Shown here: positions 1 to 9,555 of the stretch, piece by piece
Layout: every line of letters starts with the position of its first letter
How positions within the stretch are numbered: position 1 is the first letter of the stretch
Origin: a virus
Virus record (IMG/VR): IMGVR_UViG_3300035183_000096
Span: 32,001-96,000 of that record
Length of the DNA: 64,000 nucleotides
Strand: one strand, 5' to 3'
Notes under the pieces: generated by a model
Told to the model about the DNA's origin: nothing
Databases searched by the model: none
Seen by the model: only the letters and a program-made list of their open reading frames with translations
Made by a program: the position numbers and the translations under genes

Positions 1-2
1 TT

Positions 3-1370
3 AAAGCCCCCGAGCTTGCAACTTGGAAACGTATTCGTGAAAAGTGCAAGAAGGGTCGTAGGACTGGTACTGGCATTACAGCGTTAGCTGATGCTATGGC
101 CGCTGTAAATGTCAAATATGGTAGCGAAGAAAGTGTGGTATTCACAGACAAAGTTTATCAAACGCTTAAGTTAGGTTGTTACAGGTCAAGCGTTGATATG
201 GCTAAGGAACTTGGTCCCTTTCCTATTTGGGATAAAGCTCTCGAAAAACACAACCCGTTCTTGCTTAGAATTAAGAGTGAGGACGCCGAACTCTATGCTG
301 ATATGCAAAAGTATGGTAGGCGTAATATAGCTTTGTTGACTACCGCTCCTACTGGTAGCACCAGTTTAGTTACACAGGTTTTCAAAGATAAAGAAATACG
401 CTTATATGGCACTAGCTCAGGTATTGAGCCTTGTTATAAGATGTTACATAAGCGTCGTAAAAAAATTAATCCTAGTGAGGAAAACATTGGTAGTATTCAA
501 GTTGCTTTTACTGATGAAAATGGAGATAAGTGGGAGGAGTTTATAGTTTATCATCCTGCTATAAAGTATTGGATGAAGGTGACTGGTGCTGAAGACGCCA
601 CAGAATCCCCTTATGCTGGAGCGTGCGCAGAAGATATAGATTGGACAATGAGAGTGAAGATACAAGCGGCGGCTCAGCGTCATATAGACCATTCTATTAG
701 TAGTACGGTAAATTTACCTAATAATGTGACAGTAGATGAAGTGAAGAAGATTTATGTAGCTGCATGGAAAGCGGGTTGTAAAGGTATGACTGTCTATCGT
801 GATGGATGTCGTAGCGGCATACTTGTTGAGGCTAAACAAAATGAGTCAATCAAGAAAAATGATGCCGTAAAACGTCCTAGAAAGTTATTCTGTGAATTGC
901 ATAAAATTAGCGTATCGCATAAAAGGTATATGATAATCGTTGGCTTAATGAATAGGGAGCCTTATGAGGTTTTTGTATTACCTATGGATAAGTTGGATAA
1001 AGAAACATTTATAGAATCTGGTTTCTTGCATAAGGTTAAGAGAGGGCATTATAGTTTGGTTTCTGACAAAGGCAACATAATCTATGATAACGTAGCTGAT
1101 TATTGCTCCGATGAACAGGAATCATTAGCTAGGTTGACGAGTGCAAGTCTTCGTCATGGCGTTCGTGTAAACTTTGTTGTAGAACAATTGGAGCGTACTA
1201 AGGGAAACATACTATCCTTTAGTAAGGCTGTAGCTAGAGCTTTGAAGAAGTATATACCTGATGGTACCAAAGTAACTGGCGACGAATGTCCTAGTTGTAA
1301 AAGTGATAACCTTGTTCGTTCCGAGGGTTGCAAGATTTGTAAAGACTGTTCATGGAGTGCGTGTAGTTAA
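3..1370 (+). CDS. nrdJ: Class II (B12-dependent) ribonucleotide reductase, 5'-truncated by window edge
   Basis: Frame is open from the window start (..RRTGTGITALADAM..). Motifs TAPTGSTS, TSSGIEP, ISSTVN, GCKGMTVYRDG, a TSCPD-like domain and C-terminal CPSC..EGC..CKDC..SAC zinc ribbon. Confidence 0.93.
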   Translation, partial: KAPELATWKRIREKCKKGRRTGTGITALADAMAAVNVKYGSEESVVFTDKVYQTLKLGCYRSSVDMAKELGPFPIWDKALEKHNPFLLRIKSEDAELYADMQKYGRRNIALLTTAPTGSTSLVTQVFKDKEIRLYGTSSGIEPCYKMLHKRRKKINPSEENIGSIQVAFTDENGDKWEEFIVYHPAIKYWMKVTGAEDATESPYAGACAEDIDWTMRVKIQAAAQRHIDHSISSTVNLPNNVTVDEVKKIYVAAWKAGCKGMTVYRDGCRSGILVEAKQNESIKKNDAVKRPRKLFCELHKISVSHKRYMIIVGLMNREPYEVFVLPMDKLDKETFIESGFLHKVKRGHYSLVSDKGNIIYDNVADYCSDEQESLARLTSASLRHGVRVNFVVEQLERTKGNILSFSKAVARALKKYIPDGTKVTGDECPSCKSDNLVRSEGCKICKDCSWSACS

Positions 1371-1380
1371 CGAGATGTTC

Positions 1381-1409
1381 TTGACACACAGTAAAAAATG
1401 TGGTAAAAT
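1381..1409 (+). promoter_or_regulatory. Sigma70-type promoter (TTGACA-N17-TAAAAT, extended -10 TG)
   Basis: TTGACA at 1381-1386, TG at 1401-1402, TAAAAT at 1404-1409. The ATG of the HNH gene lies only 6 nt downstream. Confidence 0.8.
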
Positions 1410-1415
1410 TCAACA

Positions 1416-1904
1416 ATGAAACCTTGCCTAATTCTAAACAAAGATTATCGTGTGTTAAGGGTAGCACCCTGGAAAGACGCTGTATGTCTTGAATATCAGG
1501 GAAAGGGTTTAGTCCTAGAAAGGTATCCTGAGCATGTTAAGACTGTAAAGGGCTACTACCAGTTACCTGCTGTTATTGTAATTAAAGATAGATTCGTTAA
1601 GTTTGTCCGTAGAAAAGTGAAGATGAGGAAGAAGAATATCTTTATTAGGGATAAGTTTAAATGTGCTTACTGTGGTCAAACATTCGATAGGGAAAAACTA
1701 ACCGTTGACCATGTTTATCCTAAGTCTAAGGGTGGTAAGTCCACTTGGGATAATTTGGTTACCGCATGTATCTTGTGTAATCGCATAAAGGGAGACACCG
1801 ACAAAATGAAACCGTTATGGAAGCCATATGAGCCAAAAGCTCATCAGGTCTTTATAGTTGGCAAGATACAACCTGAGTGGAGAAACTACATTGTTGAAGA
1901 CTAA
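1416..1904 (+). CDS. HNH endonuclease (McrA-like)
   Basis: RD.F.CAYCG, TVDHVYPKSKGG, NLVTACILCN.IKG. Confidence 0.93.
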   Translation: MKPCLILNKDYRVLRVAPWKDAVCLEYQGKGLVLERYPEHVKTVKGYYQLPAVIVIKDRFVKFVRRKVKMRKKNIFIRDKFKCAYCGQTFDREKLTVDHVYPKSKGGKSTWDNLVTACILCNRIKGDTDKMKPLWKPYEPKAHQVFIVGKIQPEWRNYIVED

Positions 1905-1911
1905 GGAAAAA

Positions 1912-1924
1912 GGGGTATATTATT
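1912..1924 (+). promoter_or_regulatory. Putative phage-specific promoter motif GGGGTATATTATT
   Basis: Intergenic; matches the GGKGTA+AT-rich motif seen upstream of several structural genes. Confidence 0.5.
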
Positions 1925-1972
1925 AGTAGTGACTGGAATATAATGTAAAAAGCTGCTTACGAGTTATAACAT

Positions 1973-2386
1973 ATGCCAATATATCAATTTCGCTGCTCTG
2001 CGTGTGGTAATGAATTCGACCATTTTCAAACATTTACTGAGTTCGATAAGGGGGAGTTGCCTAATTGTACTTGTGGACATCAAGCTCAAAGAGAGGTAAC
2101 CGCTCCCCTATTTGTATTTGACTCAACCCCAAAAACAGTAGGCTCTTTGGCTGAACGCAACACCCATAAGTTTGGTTCATATTATCGTGAAAAAATGGAG
2201 CGTGAACATGAAGAATCTGCTAAGAAAGCTAGAAAGGCTTTATCGCCCAATTCGAGCGGTGTGGTGAATAACAAAAGCAAGTTTAAGAGATATTGGCCTA
2301 AGATGTCTAATAAAGCACTTAAAAAGATGAGTAAAAAACAGTTAAGGGATTATGTTACATCAGATACAGAACCAAAGGAAATGTAA
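1973..2386 (+). CDS. FmdB-family zinc-ribbon protein
   Basis: MPIYQFRCSACGNEF...CTCG signature. Confidence 0.8.
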   Translation: MPIYQFRCSACGNEFDHFQTFTEFDKGELPNCTCGHQAQREVTAPLFVFDSTPKTVGSLAERNTHKFGSYYREKMEREHEESAKKARKALSPNSSGVVNNKSKFKRYWPKMSNKALKKMSKKQLRDYVTSDTEPKEM

Positions 2387-2613
2387 TGAGTCATCCACAC
2401 GCACCACATAATGTGACATTGGTTTTAAGAATAGGAACTCACGAACAAAGAGCGGTAGGTGATTTTGTATCAATAGAACCAGAACAACAATATCTGTTTT
2501 CCCTACCTTGCAGGAATCTACAAGAGGCTCAAAGAGCCAAGAAGGAATTAGTAGAGGTTATACAACAATGCTTAAAGCAAAAAAGATTAGAAATGTCTCC
2601 GACAAAGCAATAA
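2386..2613 (+). CDS. Hypothetical protein
   Basis: TAATG stop/start overlap with upstream gene, AAGGA RBS. Confidence 0.6.
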   Translation: MSHPHAPHNVTLVLRIGTHEQRAVGDFVSIEPEQQYLFSLPCRNLQEAQRAKKELVEVIQQCLKQKRLEMSPTKQ

Positions 2614-2921
2614 TTAGCGATGGTGGTGAAGTCATACTTAGTTGCAGCAATAGCGATTGTAAGCAACCATTAGTTAGACTTTGGATAACTAGACCAGACG
2701 CTAGATACACGTGGAAAGTAAAAGCCACTTGTCCATATTGCGATGGCGAAAGTGAGACAGAAGAAGTGTGTGGTATGTTTCATCAAGCTCCGTACTCATA
2801 TGACTTCAATGAAGAAACATTAGAAGACGAAGGTGAATTGTACATCAACGGAATGCGTGAAGAAGATAATGTTGTTGTACTAATTATTAAGAGGCACGAA
2901 AATGGCAGAAAAGAAGATTAA
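2568..2921 (+). CDS. Hypothetical zinc-finger protein
   Basis: CSNSDC and CPYC pairs; start moved to ATG 2568 after GAGGT RBS. Confidence 0.65.
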   Translation: MLKAKKIRNVSDKAIISDGGEVILSCSNSDCKQPLVRLWITRPDARYTWKVKATCPYCDGESETEEVCGMFHQAPYSYDFNEETLEDEGELYINGMREEDNVVVLIIKRHENGRKED

Positions 2922-3255
2922 GTTAAGACAAGAACCAAATATAGAAATAGAAATAGGTTATGCGATGGGTGGTCAGATTATTGATTCTGATGAACCAGAA
3001 TCGTTGGCAAAAGTAGTTCATGTCGGCAAAAACATACAATACTATGTTAAGTATGCCACATATGGTGGAGATGCTGGACATATGGTAAATCCAAATGGCT
3101 TAAACCATAATAAGAGTGATTTTACAGCAATTGATAGATATGGTCGCGAGAAATATACTTACCGTAAGGTAAGAAAAGAAGTATTTGATTTGTATAAGAA
3201 ATTTTTAGAAACGAGGAATATAGCATGGCTAAGACAAGCAGAAAGAGTGATATAA
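2902..3255 (+). CDS. Hypothetical protein
   Basis: ORF in operon with GAGG RBS. Confidence 0.7.
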   Translation: MAEKKIKLRQEPNIEIEIGYAMGGQIIDSDEPESLAKVVHVGKNIQYYVKYATYGGDAGHMVNPNGLNHNKSDFTAIDRYGREKYTYRKVRKEVFDLYKKFLETRNIAWLRQAERVI

Positions 3256-3599
3256 AGCAAAAGATAGACAGTGTTGCTTCTTCTCCTGAAAATAAACAGC
3301 CCGTTACTGATGATAAGCCTTTTAATGAAATTGAACAGGCATACATTCTGTCAAACATTAAAAATAAGCAACTTAGTGTAATTGCTGAAGAGCTTAAAAC
3401 GACCAAAGACAAGATTAAGGCTTTCATTCGCAGTTTAAGACGCGGTAAGGGGCTGTCCCAAAGACTGTTCGGTAGGCACAAATCTGGTGGAGTAGTGATT
3501 GCAAGCCAAGAGGCTTCCCAAAGAGCGGACGAATATAACAAAAGAATAAATAAAAATGATTATTATAACTTAAGTGATTATATATTTAGGCCAAAGTAA
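3225..3599 (+). CDS. Hypothetical protein, possible HTH
   Basis: EQAYILSN..KQLSVIAEELKTT helix-turn-helix-like segment; GAGGA RBS. Confidence 0.6.
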   Translation: MAKTSRKSDIKQKIDSVASSPENKQPVTDDKPFNEIEQAYILSNIKNKQLSVIAEELKTTKDKIKAFIRSLRRGKGLSQRLFGRHKSGGVVIASQEASQRADEYNKRINKNDYYNLSDYIFRPK

Positions 3600-3607
3600 G
3601 ACTAATC

Positions 3608-4087
3608 ATGATATGTACCAAATTCGATGAATACTTCGAGTGGCTCGGTCTTATTAAAAGAGAAGCTCCGTGGGTTGTCGAATTGAGTAATGGAGAGGTG
3701 GTATATCAAGACGATTATCGTGGCGAATACTTACTTTTTAAGGGAGAGTATGGTCACGATAATCGTCGCTCTTGGGATATATTGAAAGATTACATTTCTG
3801 CTAACAATCTATACATTCATAAGATGTATCTCAAAAACTACAATAATATAGTTGAGCCGTTACCATTAGATGCCGATGGATACTTCTTTAAGAAAGGGGC
3901 ACTAGGTAAGTTATTTAGTAGTACAACTCGCCAATATGCCATCATAGGATATTATGATAAGGCAACTAAAAAAACAAAGACATTCAAATATGCACTACCA
4001 GACTTACTATTGGTAGAGTTTGATGAGAGAATTGTGGATATAAATACACCATCTCTAATACTAAGGAAAGAATATAACTCGGTATAG
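3608..4087 (+). CDS. Hypothetical protein
   Basis: 159-aa ORF tightly packed in operon. Confidence 0.7.
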   Translation: MICTKFDEYFEWLGLIKREAPWVVELSNGEVVYQDDYRGEYLLFKGEYGHDNRRSWDILKDYISANNLYIHKMYLKNYNNIVEPLPLDADGYFFKKGALGKLFSSTTRQYAIIGYYDKATKKTKTFKYALPDLLLVEFDERIVDINTPSLILRKEYNSV

Positions 4088-4099
4088 AAAGAGGTTTGC

Positions 4100-4537
4100 A
4101 TGAAACAAGTTTATACATCCAGATATACCGATAGAAAGATAACTGCCGCTCAACGTATAGCTGAAATAGTATGTGAAAAACTAGCCGACAAAGAAAAGAA
4201 AGTTTTAACTGATAAGTTCTGGAATAAACCAGAATGGGAAAAGGTTTACAAACAACAACTTTATCTTGCTAACTCTTTGTTGAAATTATATTCAGCAGAG
4301 GCTATCATTGCAGCGCTTAGAGACAAAAGAGCTTATGACGTATATTCGCTGGGTGCTGATTTTGTCTTAGATAAGATATTTCAAGAGGAACAAGCTAAAA
4401 TTGATAATAGAGAGGCTAATATGATTGCCCCGCCAGAACAGGAACTTGTGAAAGAATTGCCTCGTCAGCCAGTAAAGAAAAAATCAATCTATTCTAAGTT
4501 AATGAGGTTAGACGACGATGGCAATAGTATCAGGTAA
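4100..4537 (+). CDS. Hypothetical protein
   Basis: GAGGT RBS; overlaps recA start. Confidence 0.7.
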   Translation: MKQVYTSRYTDRKITAAQRIAEIVCEKLADKEKKVLTDKFWNKPEWEKVYKQQLYLANSLLKLYSAEAIIAALRDKRAYDVYSLGADFVLDKIFQEEQAKIDNREANMIAPPEQELVKELPRQPVKKKSIYSKLMRLDDDGNSIR

Positions 4538-5567
4538 TAATGTAATTAAGGATTACATTAAGAAGAATTATGGTAATGATATTTTTAAGTCATCAAAAGA
4601 CATAATAGAACGTAAATGGGATATTCTTAGAGTTAGTCCTGCTATTAACGCCATGTTGGGAGGTGGAATACCAACGGGTTCGTGGGTTAATCTTGGCGGA
4701 AAACCAAAGTGTGGTAAAACAACTACTGTGTTGTGGATATGTTATAAAGCTCAAAAACTCCTTAAGATGCCTATATACTATTTGAATGTAGAACATAGAC
4801 TTAAGCCAATGAATTTTGAGGGTTTAGACATAGACCATGCTAATTTTCATATGATTCAATCTTCCGAAGATAAGATTTTATCTGCACAAGACTTTCTAAC
4901 AATAGCAGAACAAATTTTATTGAATAATAGTAAGATAGTTATGGTTATTGATAGCTTAGCTGCTTTAACGCACGAAAAGGAGTTGACTGAAGGTATCGGT
5001 GCTTCTACTCGTGGCGGTAGTGCTGCATTAGTTGCTCAATTTACAAGGCAAATGAGCGCTGTAGTACCTATTAAGAACCATATCATTCTTACAATTCAGC
5101 AGATACAAGCAAACACAAGCGGGTATGGCTCATCAACCGTGCTTAAGGGTGGTTATGCTATAGGTTATCAAGGCGATATTATTCTTCGCGAGCGAGGTGT
5201 AACCGATTGGATAGTTGGTGACAAACAGGTTGGACAAAAGGTGACGTGGGAAGCTGATTGTACAGCTTTGGGTGGAATGCCAGGAAGTAGATGCGAGTCT
5301 TCATTGCGTTATGGTGGTGGTATAGATGAAATTAACGAGCTTATTACACTTGGTAAAGGGTTTGGATTGATTAGTGGTTCATCATGGTTACTATTAGACT
5401 TTATTGAAGACCATTTAGCAGAGTTTGGTGAAAAGGTATGGGATGAAGCAACCAAGAGTAAGTATAAGACACACGGAGTCGAAAAAATGGCTGTGTTTCT
5501 AAAGGAAAATCCTAAAATTGCTGACACTCTTGAATCAGACATAATCAAACTCATAATGGGAAAATAA
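4518..5567 (+). CDS. recA: RecA/UvsX-like recombinase
   Basis: LGGGIP.G, Walker A GKPKCGKTT, Walker B VIDSLAAL, KGG.AI.Y. Confidence 0.9.
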   Translation: MAIVSGNNVIKDYIKKNYGNDIFKSSKDIIERKWDILRVSPAINAMLGGGIPTGSWVNLGGKPKCGKTTTVLWICYKAQKLLKMPIYYLNVEHRLKPMNFEGLDIDHANFHMIQSSEDKILSAQDFLTIAEQILLNNSKIVMVIDSLAALTHEKELTEGIGASTRGGSAALVAQFTRQMSAVVPIKNHIILTIQQIQANTSGYGSSTVLKGGYAIGYQGDIILRERGVTDWIVGDKQVGQKVTWEADCTALGGMPGSRCESSLRYGGGIDEINELITLGKGFGLISGSSWLLLDFIEDHLAEFGEKVWDEATKSKYKTHGVEKMAVFLKENPKIADTLESDIIKLIMGK

Positions 5568-5568
5568 T

Positions 5569-5979
5569 ATGAAAGTAACAGGACTTGACAACAGGACATA
5601 CACATTAGACTTAAGGGTTAAGGAAATATCAAGAGAAAATAAGTCTAAGTACCATTTGCTTGCTCGTCAAGTTATCTCGGAAGTTTTTCCATTGATTAGA
5701 ACGGTAGAGGAAGTTCATATACCTGGATGCGGCAACTCTGTGTATATAGATTTCTTTCTACCTATCATGAAGATTGCGGTGGAAGTACAAGGTGAACAAC
5801 ATTATAAGTTTATCTCTCATTTTCATCGCAATAAACTTTCCTTTGCTAAAGCGCGTACAAGAGATAAGCAAAAGAAAGAATGGTGTGAGTTAAACGACAT
5901 TGTATTGATTGAGTTTGTCTTTAATGAACCATATGATATTTGGAAGGAGAAATTGGCCAATGCCTACAGAGAAGACTAG
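5569..5979 (+). CDS. PD-(D/E)XK / Vsr-like endonuclease
   Basis: YIDFFLP..KIAVEVQGEQHY...RD..K..WC..N.I.L. Confidence 0.8.
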   Translation: MKVTGLDNRTYTLDLRVKEISRENKSKYHLLARQVISEVFPLIRTVEEVHIPGCGNSVYIDFFLPIMKIAVEVQGEQHYKFISHFHRNKLSFAKARTRDKQKKEWCELNDIVLIEFVFNEPYDIWKEKLANAYRED

Positions 5980-6466
5980 CCAAGAAAATTCTATTGATAA
6001 ACTAATGGAATCATTAGATAGGTTCCTTGATGATAGACACATTTTTAGTGTTAATGTTGATAATAATTTAGAGGATTTGTTGGATGTAGATAGAGATGCT
6101 TTGAAAACTATGAGCTTTGAGGAATGCGGTGAGAATGCTGTGCTTTTGGCTAAATATGCTTACTATATACAGAGACTTGTTAATAAGGAAACAGCAGCTA
6201 TTCACTTAATAGAAGCATCTCTTGATAGTATAGTTGGTAAGTATTTTGGTAGCTACAAGGGAAGCAAGTGGGTAAGTAAGGATGAGGTTAGATTGAGAAT
6301 CATATCAGATAATGATGCAGCCAAGGAATATAACAGACTTCGCGTGTTAGCCCAGGCTAGAATAGATGAATTATCATACTTAGCCAATCGAGTACAATTT
6401 ATGTCTCAAACATTTTTAGATTTACAGCAAAGTAAACGTGCGGCAACTTTTAGAGGTAAAAACTAA
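5960..6466 (+). CDS. Helical hypothetical protein (possible UvsY-like recombination mediator)
   Basis: All-helical and coiled-coil-like; follows recA. Start set at ATG 5960 after AAGGAG. Confidence 0.5.
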   Translation: MPTEKTSQENSIDKLMESLDRFLDDRHIFSVNVDNNLEDLLDVDRDALKTMSFEECGENAVLLAKYAYYIQRLVNKETAAIHLIEASLDSIVGKYFGSYKGSKWVSKDEVRLRIISDNDAAKEYNRLRVLAQARIDELSYLANRVQFMSQTFLDLQQSKRAATFRGKN

Positions 6467-6960
6467 TGAGTATAATAAGCAATATGTCTAAAATGAAAGA
6501 AGCTATTCTAAAAAACCCAACTCCAGAATTGTTAAGAGCTTACGAGGATATATTTGGCGAAAAATTGGAAGCGGAGTTGCCAAACCCCAATTCCGATGAT
6601 AAAATCGAAGTGCCGGCTAGTAAACCAATCACGCCAACAACTCATCATGAGAATGTTGGTAGAAAACATCGCAGTAAAAAGCATGCTAATAGAAGGTTTG
6701 ATAAAATTGGCAAAAGACCAATGAGGATGGAGCCATATACTCCTCCTAGTAAACTGAATTTCTTTGAAAGTAAGGAAGTTGGTAAGGAGGAGTTGGATGC
6801 TAAGTTTCCTATCCCTAGAAGTCCGCGAATCAAGCCTAAACATCGCAAAATTAAAGTGATGTGTCGTAAGTGTGGGGCAAAAGAAAGAATCTCAGAGAAC
6901 TTCCCTCTTGTCGATATAAGACGATATGTATGTAACGAATGTTCAATCAGAGGAGCATAG
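6466..6960 (+). CDS. Hypothetical protein with C-terminal zinc finger
   Basis: CRKC...CNEC; directly upstream of the helicase. Confidence 0.65.
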   Translation: MSIISNMSKMKEAILKNPTPELLRAYEDIFGEKLEAELPNPNSDDKIEVPASKPITPTTHHENVGRKHRSKKHANRRFDKIGKRPMRMEPYTPPSKLNFFESKEVGKEELDAKFPIPRSPRIKPKHRKIKVMCRKCGAKERISENFPLVDIRRYVCNECSIRGA

Positions 6961-6961
6961 G

Positions 6962-8428
6962 ATGAACGAAAGGCTAATAGAGGCTGGGTCTGAAAGAGCT
7001 TTGTTAGCTGGCGTATTTAATCATGGACATAAAGCGTTTGTTGAAATCAATGAAATAGTAAATGCTGGTTCTTTCAATGCTGATGTGACAAACCAAATAC
7101 TATGGAAATGCTTTCAACATTTCTACGACAATACCAGTGACCCAGAAGCTAAACCGGATATAGCTTCCATTTATGCTTCTGCTAAAGCAATAGGTCATGG
7201 CGGTCATTTTGATAAGGCGGAAGAGCAGAAGTATCTACGGAGCCTATCTAATTACCCAATACATTTTGATAGTCTCCGTAGATTAGCTGTTCGTCTTCGT
7301 AAATTTCAAGTCGCCAGAGAATTAAATGCGGAACTCTCGCTTGCTCAAGAAGAATTAAATAGTATAACTGGCGATGAGAGTCTTCATAAGATGTTATCTG
7401 TAGTTGAATCCAGAATACTTGATTTTGGTATTAAATTAGCAACAGACGGTGAAGAGGTTTCCTCAATCATAGGCGAAGGTATTGATGAATACTTACAGAA
7501 CATCTTTGATAATCCGAAACAGTGTGTTGGTATTTCGAGCGGATACCCTCTTTATGACAAATGTATAGGCGGCGGTCTTAGACGTGGCTCTGTAAATATC
7601 ATAGGTGCCCGTCCCAAGATTGGTAAGACTACGGTTGGTATCAATATAGGATTGCATGTTGCCTCCCTTGGAATACCAGTGCTTTATTGTGATATGGAAA
7701 TGGATAAAGAGGATTTTTGGGCAAAGATGTTGGCCAACTTAGCCAATGTTGAAATAAGCAAGATAGAAGAGGGCAGACTTGACGCAGCCGAGCGTAAAAG
7801 ATTAGTGATTGCTAAAGAGACTATCAAATCCCTACCTTTTTATTATGTGAACATAGCAGGCAAATCATTTGAAGAAACTATAGCTATAGTTAAGAGGTTA
7901 GTTCTAAAAAAAATAGGTCGTAACACCGATGGCCAAATCAAAGACTGTTTGATGATTTACGATTATTTCCGCCTTAACAATATTGAGAGCATAAGCAACG
8001 ATATCAAAGAGTATCAAGCTCTTGGCTTTCAAATTATTGCTTTGAAAATCTTTGCTAAGCGTATGGATATTCCAATTCTTAGTTTTATTCAACTTAACAG
8101 AGATGGCATCAATAAAGAAGATGCAGGTGTTGCTTCTGGTTCCGATAGAATTATTTGGTTGTGTAACAACTTTACAATCTTTAAGAAGAAGACTGAAGAA
8201 GAAAACGCTGATGATATAGCTAATAACAGGAGGGTTGCACTTCGTAAACTTGTTCCTATTGTGGCTCGTCACGGTGAAGGTCTTTCAGAAGGCGACTATA
8301 TTAACATATTCTTTGATGGTAAGTTTGCTAGGGTGAAAGAGGGCAAGACAAAAAGCCAATATAACAAACAGCCCAAGAATGATGGATTTGTGATGGAAAA
8401 AGACGATGACACGATTAGATTTGAATAA
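6962..8428 (+). CDS. dnaB: Replicative DNA helicase (DnaB family)
   Basis: Walker A GARPKIGKT, DMEM, IYDY, QLNR, SGSDRI, ARHG; AGGAG RBS before ATG 6962. Confidence 0.93.
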   Translation: MNERLIEAGSERALLAGVFNHGHKAFVEINEIVNAGSFNADVTNQILWKCFQHFYDNTSDPEAKPDIASIYASAKAIGHGGHFDKAEEQKYLRSLSNYPIHFDSLRRLAVRLRKFQVARELNAELSLAQEELNSITGDESLHKMLSVVESRILDFGIKLATDGEEVSSIIGEGIDEYLQNIFDNPKQCVGISSGYPLYDKCIGGGLRRGSVNIIGARPKIGKTTVGINIGLHVASLGIPVLYCDMEMDKEDFWAKMLANLANVEISKIEEGRLDAAERKRLVIAKETIKSLPFYYVNIAGKSFEETIAIVKRLVLKKIGRNTDGQIKDCLMIYDYFRLNNIESISNDIKEYQALGFQIIALKIFAKRMDIPILSFIQLNRDGINKEDAGVASGSDRIIWLCNNFTIFKKKTEEENADDIANNRRVALRKLVPIVARHGEGLSEGDYINIFFDGKFARVKEGKTKSQYNKQPKNDGFVMEKDDDTIRFE

Positions 8429-9554
8429 ACTAGACCAAGATACTTTGAAGGCTATCAATGATGCTGTATGCTTGAAGATTGATGGCCTTCTTAGTGTTTT
8501 GGGTTTAGAATTTAATAAGCGTGGTAGATATTATATTGGAACATGCCCAATACATATGGGAGATAATACAACCGCCCTTAATCTTTATCCTGAAGGCTAT
8601 AAAATGAATGGATATTGGAGATGTAACACCAAGCATTGTGAAAAGCATTTTGCTCAAAACATCATAGGTTTTACTAGAGGGGTTCTGTCTAATCGTAGAT
8701 GTAGGTGGACGAGTTCAGGCGGACAGAAATACTCCTTTGTAAAGACTGTGCAATTTTTACTTGATTTTATAGGAGATGAGCTTAGTATAGATTATTCAGC
8801 TATAGACCGTAAAAGGTTTATTAGTGAAGTAGAAACTATAACTAAGACCGCAAGTGTACAGAGTAAAGGCATACATAGGCTGACTGTTAGAAAAGCGTTG
8901 AAAATACCAGCAGAGTATTATATCAAACGTGGATACAGCACAGATGTGCTTGATAGATATGATGTTGGCCTATGCGACAAGGAAGGTAAAGAGATGTTCA
9001 ATAGGATTGTCGTGCCAGTTTACGATAACAAACTTATGATGGTTGGATGTCAGGGTCGCTCTATTCATAAAGAGTGTCCAGAATGCGAGTATCATCATCC
9101 TAGTGGTTGGGCGTGCCCAGAAACAAGAGAAGAGAAGATTAATTGTGCAAAATGGAAAAATAGCAACAATTTCAACGTTGGTCAACATCTATATAACTTT
9201 TGGAACGCCAAACCTTTTATTGAGGACAGTAAAACGGTTATAGTTGTAGAGGGTCCAGGTGATGTATGGAGATTGGAGGAAGCTGGTATTCATAATTCTG
9301 TAGCCATGTTTGGTACAGCTTTTACCGAACAACAAGAAATACTACTTGAAACAAGTGGTGCTACCAGTATTATTATAATGACAGACAACGATGAGGCCGG
9401 GGAAGAGGCTGAAAAAAGAATAAGAAAAAAATGTCAACGTCTCTATAATCTATCAAGACCAAGGTTTGATAAACATGATGTTGGTGAAATGTCTATAACT
9501 GAAATAAGAAATGAGTTATTGCCCATATTTAAGGCGGCTGAACGGAGATTTTAG
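8406..9554 (+). CDS. dnaG: DNA primase (DnaG family)
   Basis: N-terminal CPIH...C...C Zn-binding domain, NRIVVPV..GCQGR, TOPRIM VVEGPGD and DND. Confidence 0.92.
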   Translation: MTRLDLNKLDQDTLKAINDAVCLKIDGLLSVLGLEFNKRGRYYIGTCPIHMGDNTTALNLYPEGYKMNGYWRCNTKHCEKHFAQNIIGFTRGVLSNRRCRWTSSGGQKYSFVKTVQFLLDFIGDELSIDYSAIDRKRFISEVETITKTASVQSKGIHRLTVRKALKIPAEYYIKRGYSTDVLDRYDVGLCDKEGKEMFNRIVVPVYDNKLMMVGCQGRSIHKECPECEYHHPSGWACPETREEKINCAKWKNSNNFNVGQHLYNFWNAKPFIEDSKTVIVVEGPGDVWRLEEAGIHNSVAMFGTAFTEQQEILLETSGATSIIIMTDNDEAGEEAEKRIRKKCQRLYNLSRPRFDKHDVGEMSITEIRNELLPIFKAAERRF

Positions 9555-9555
9555 G

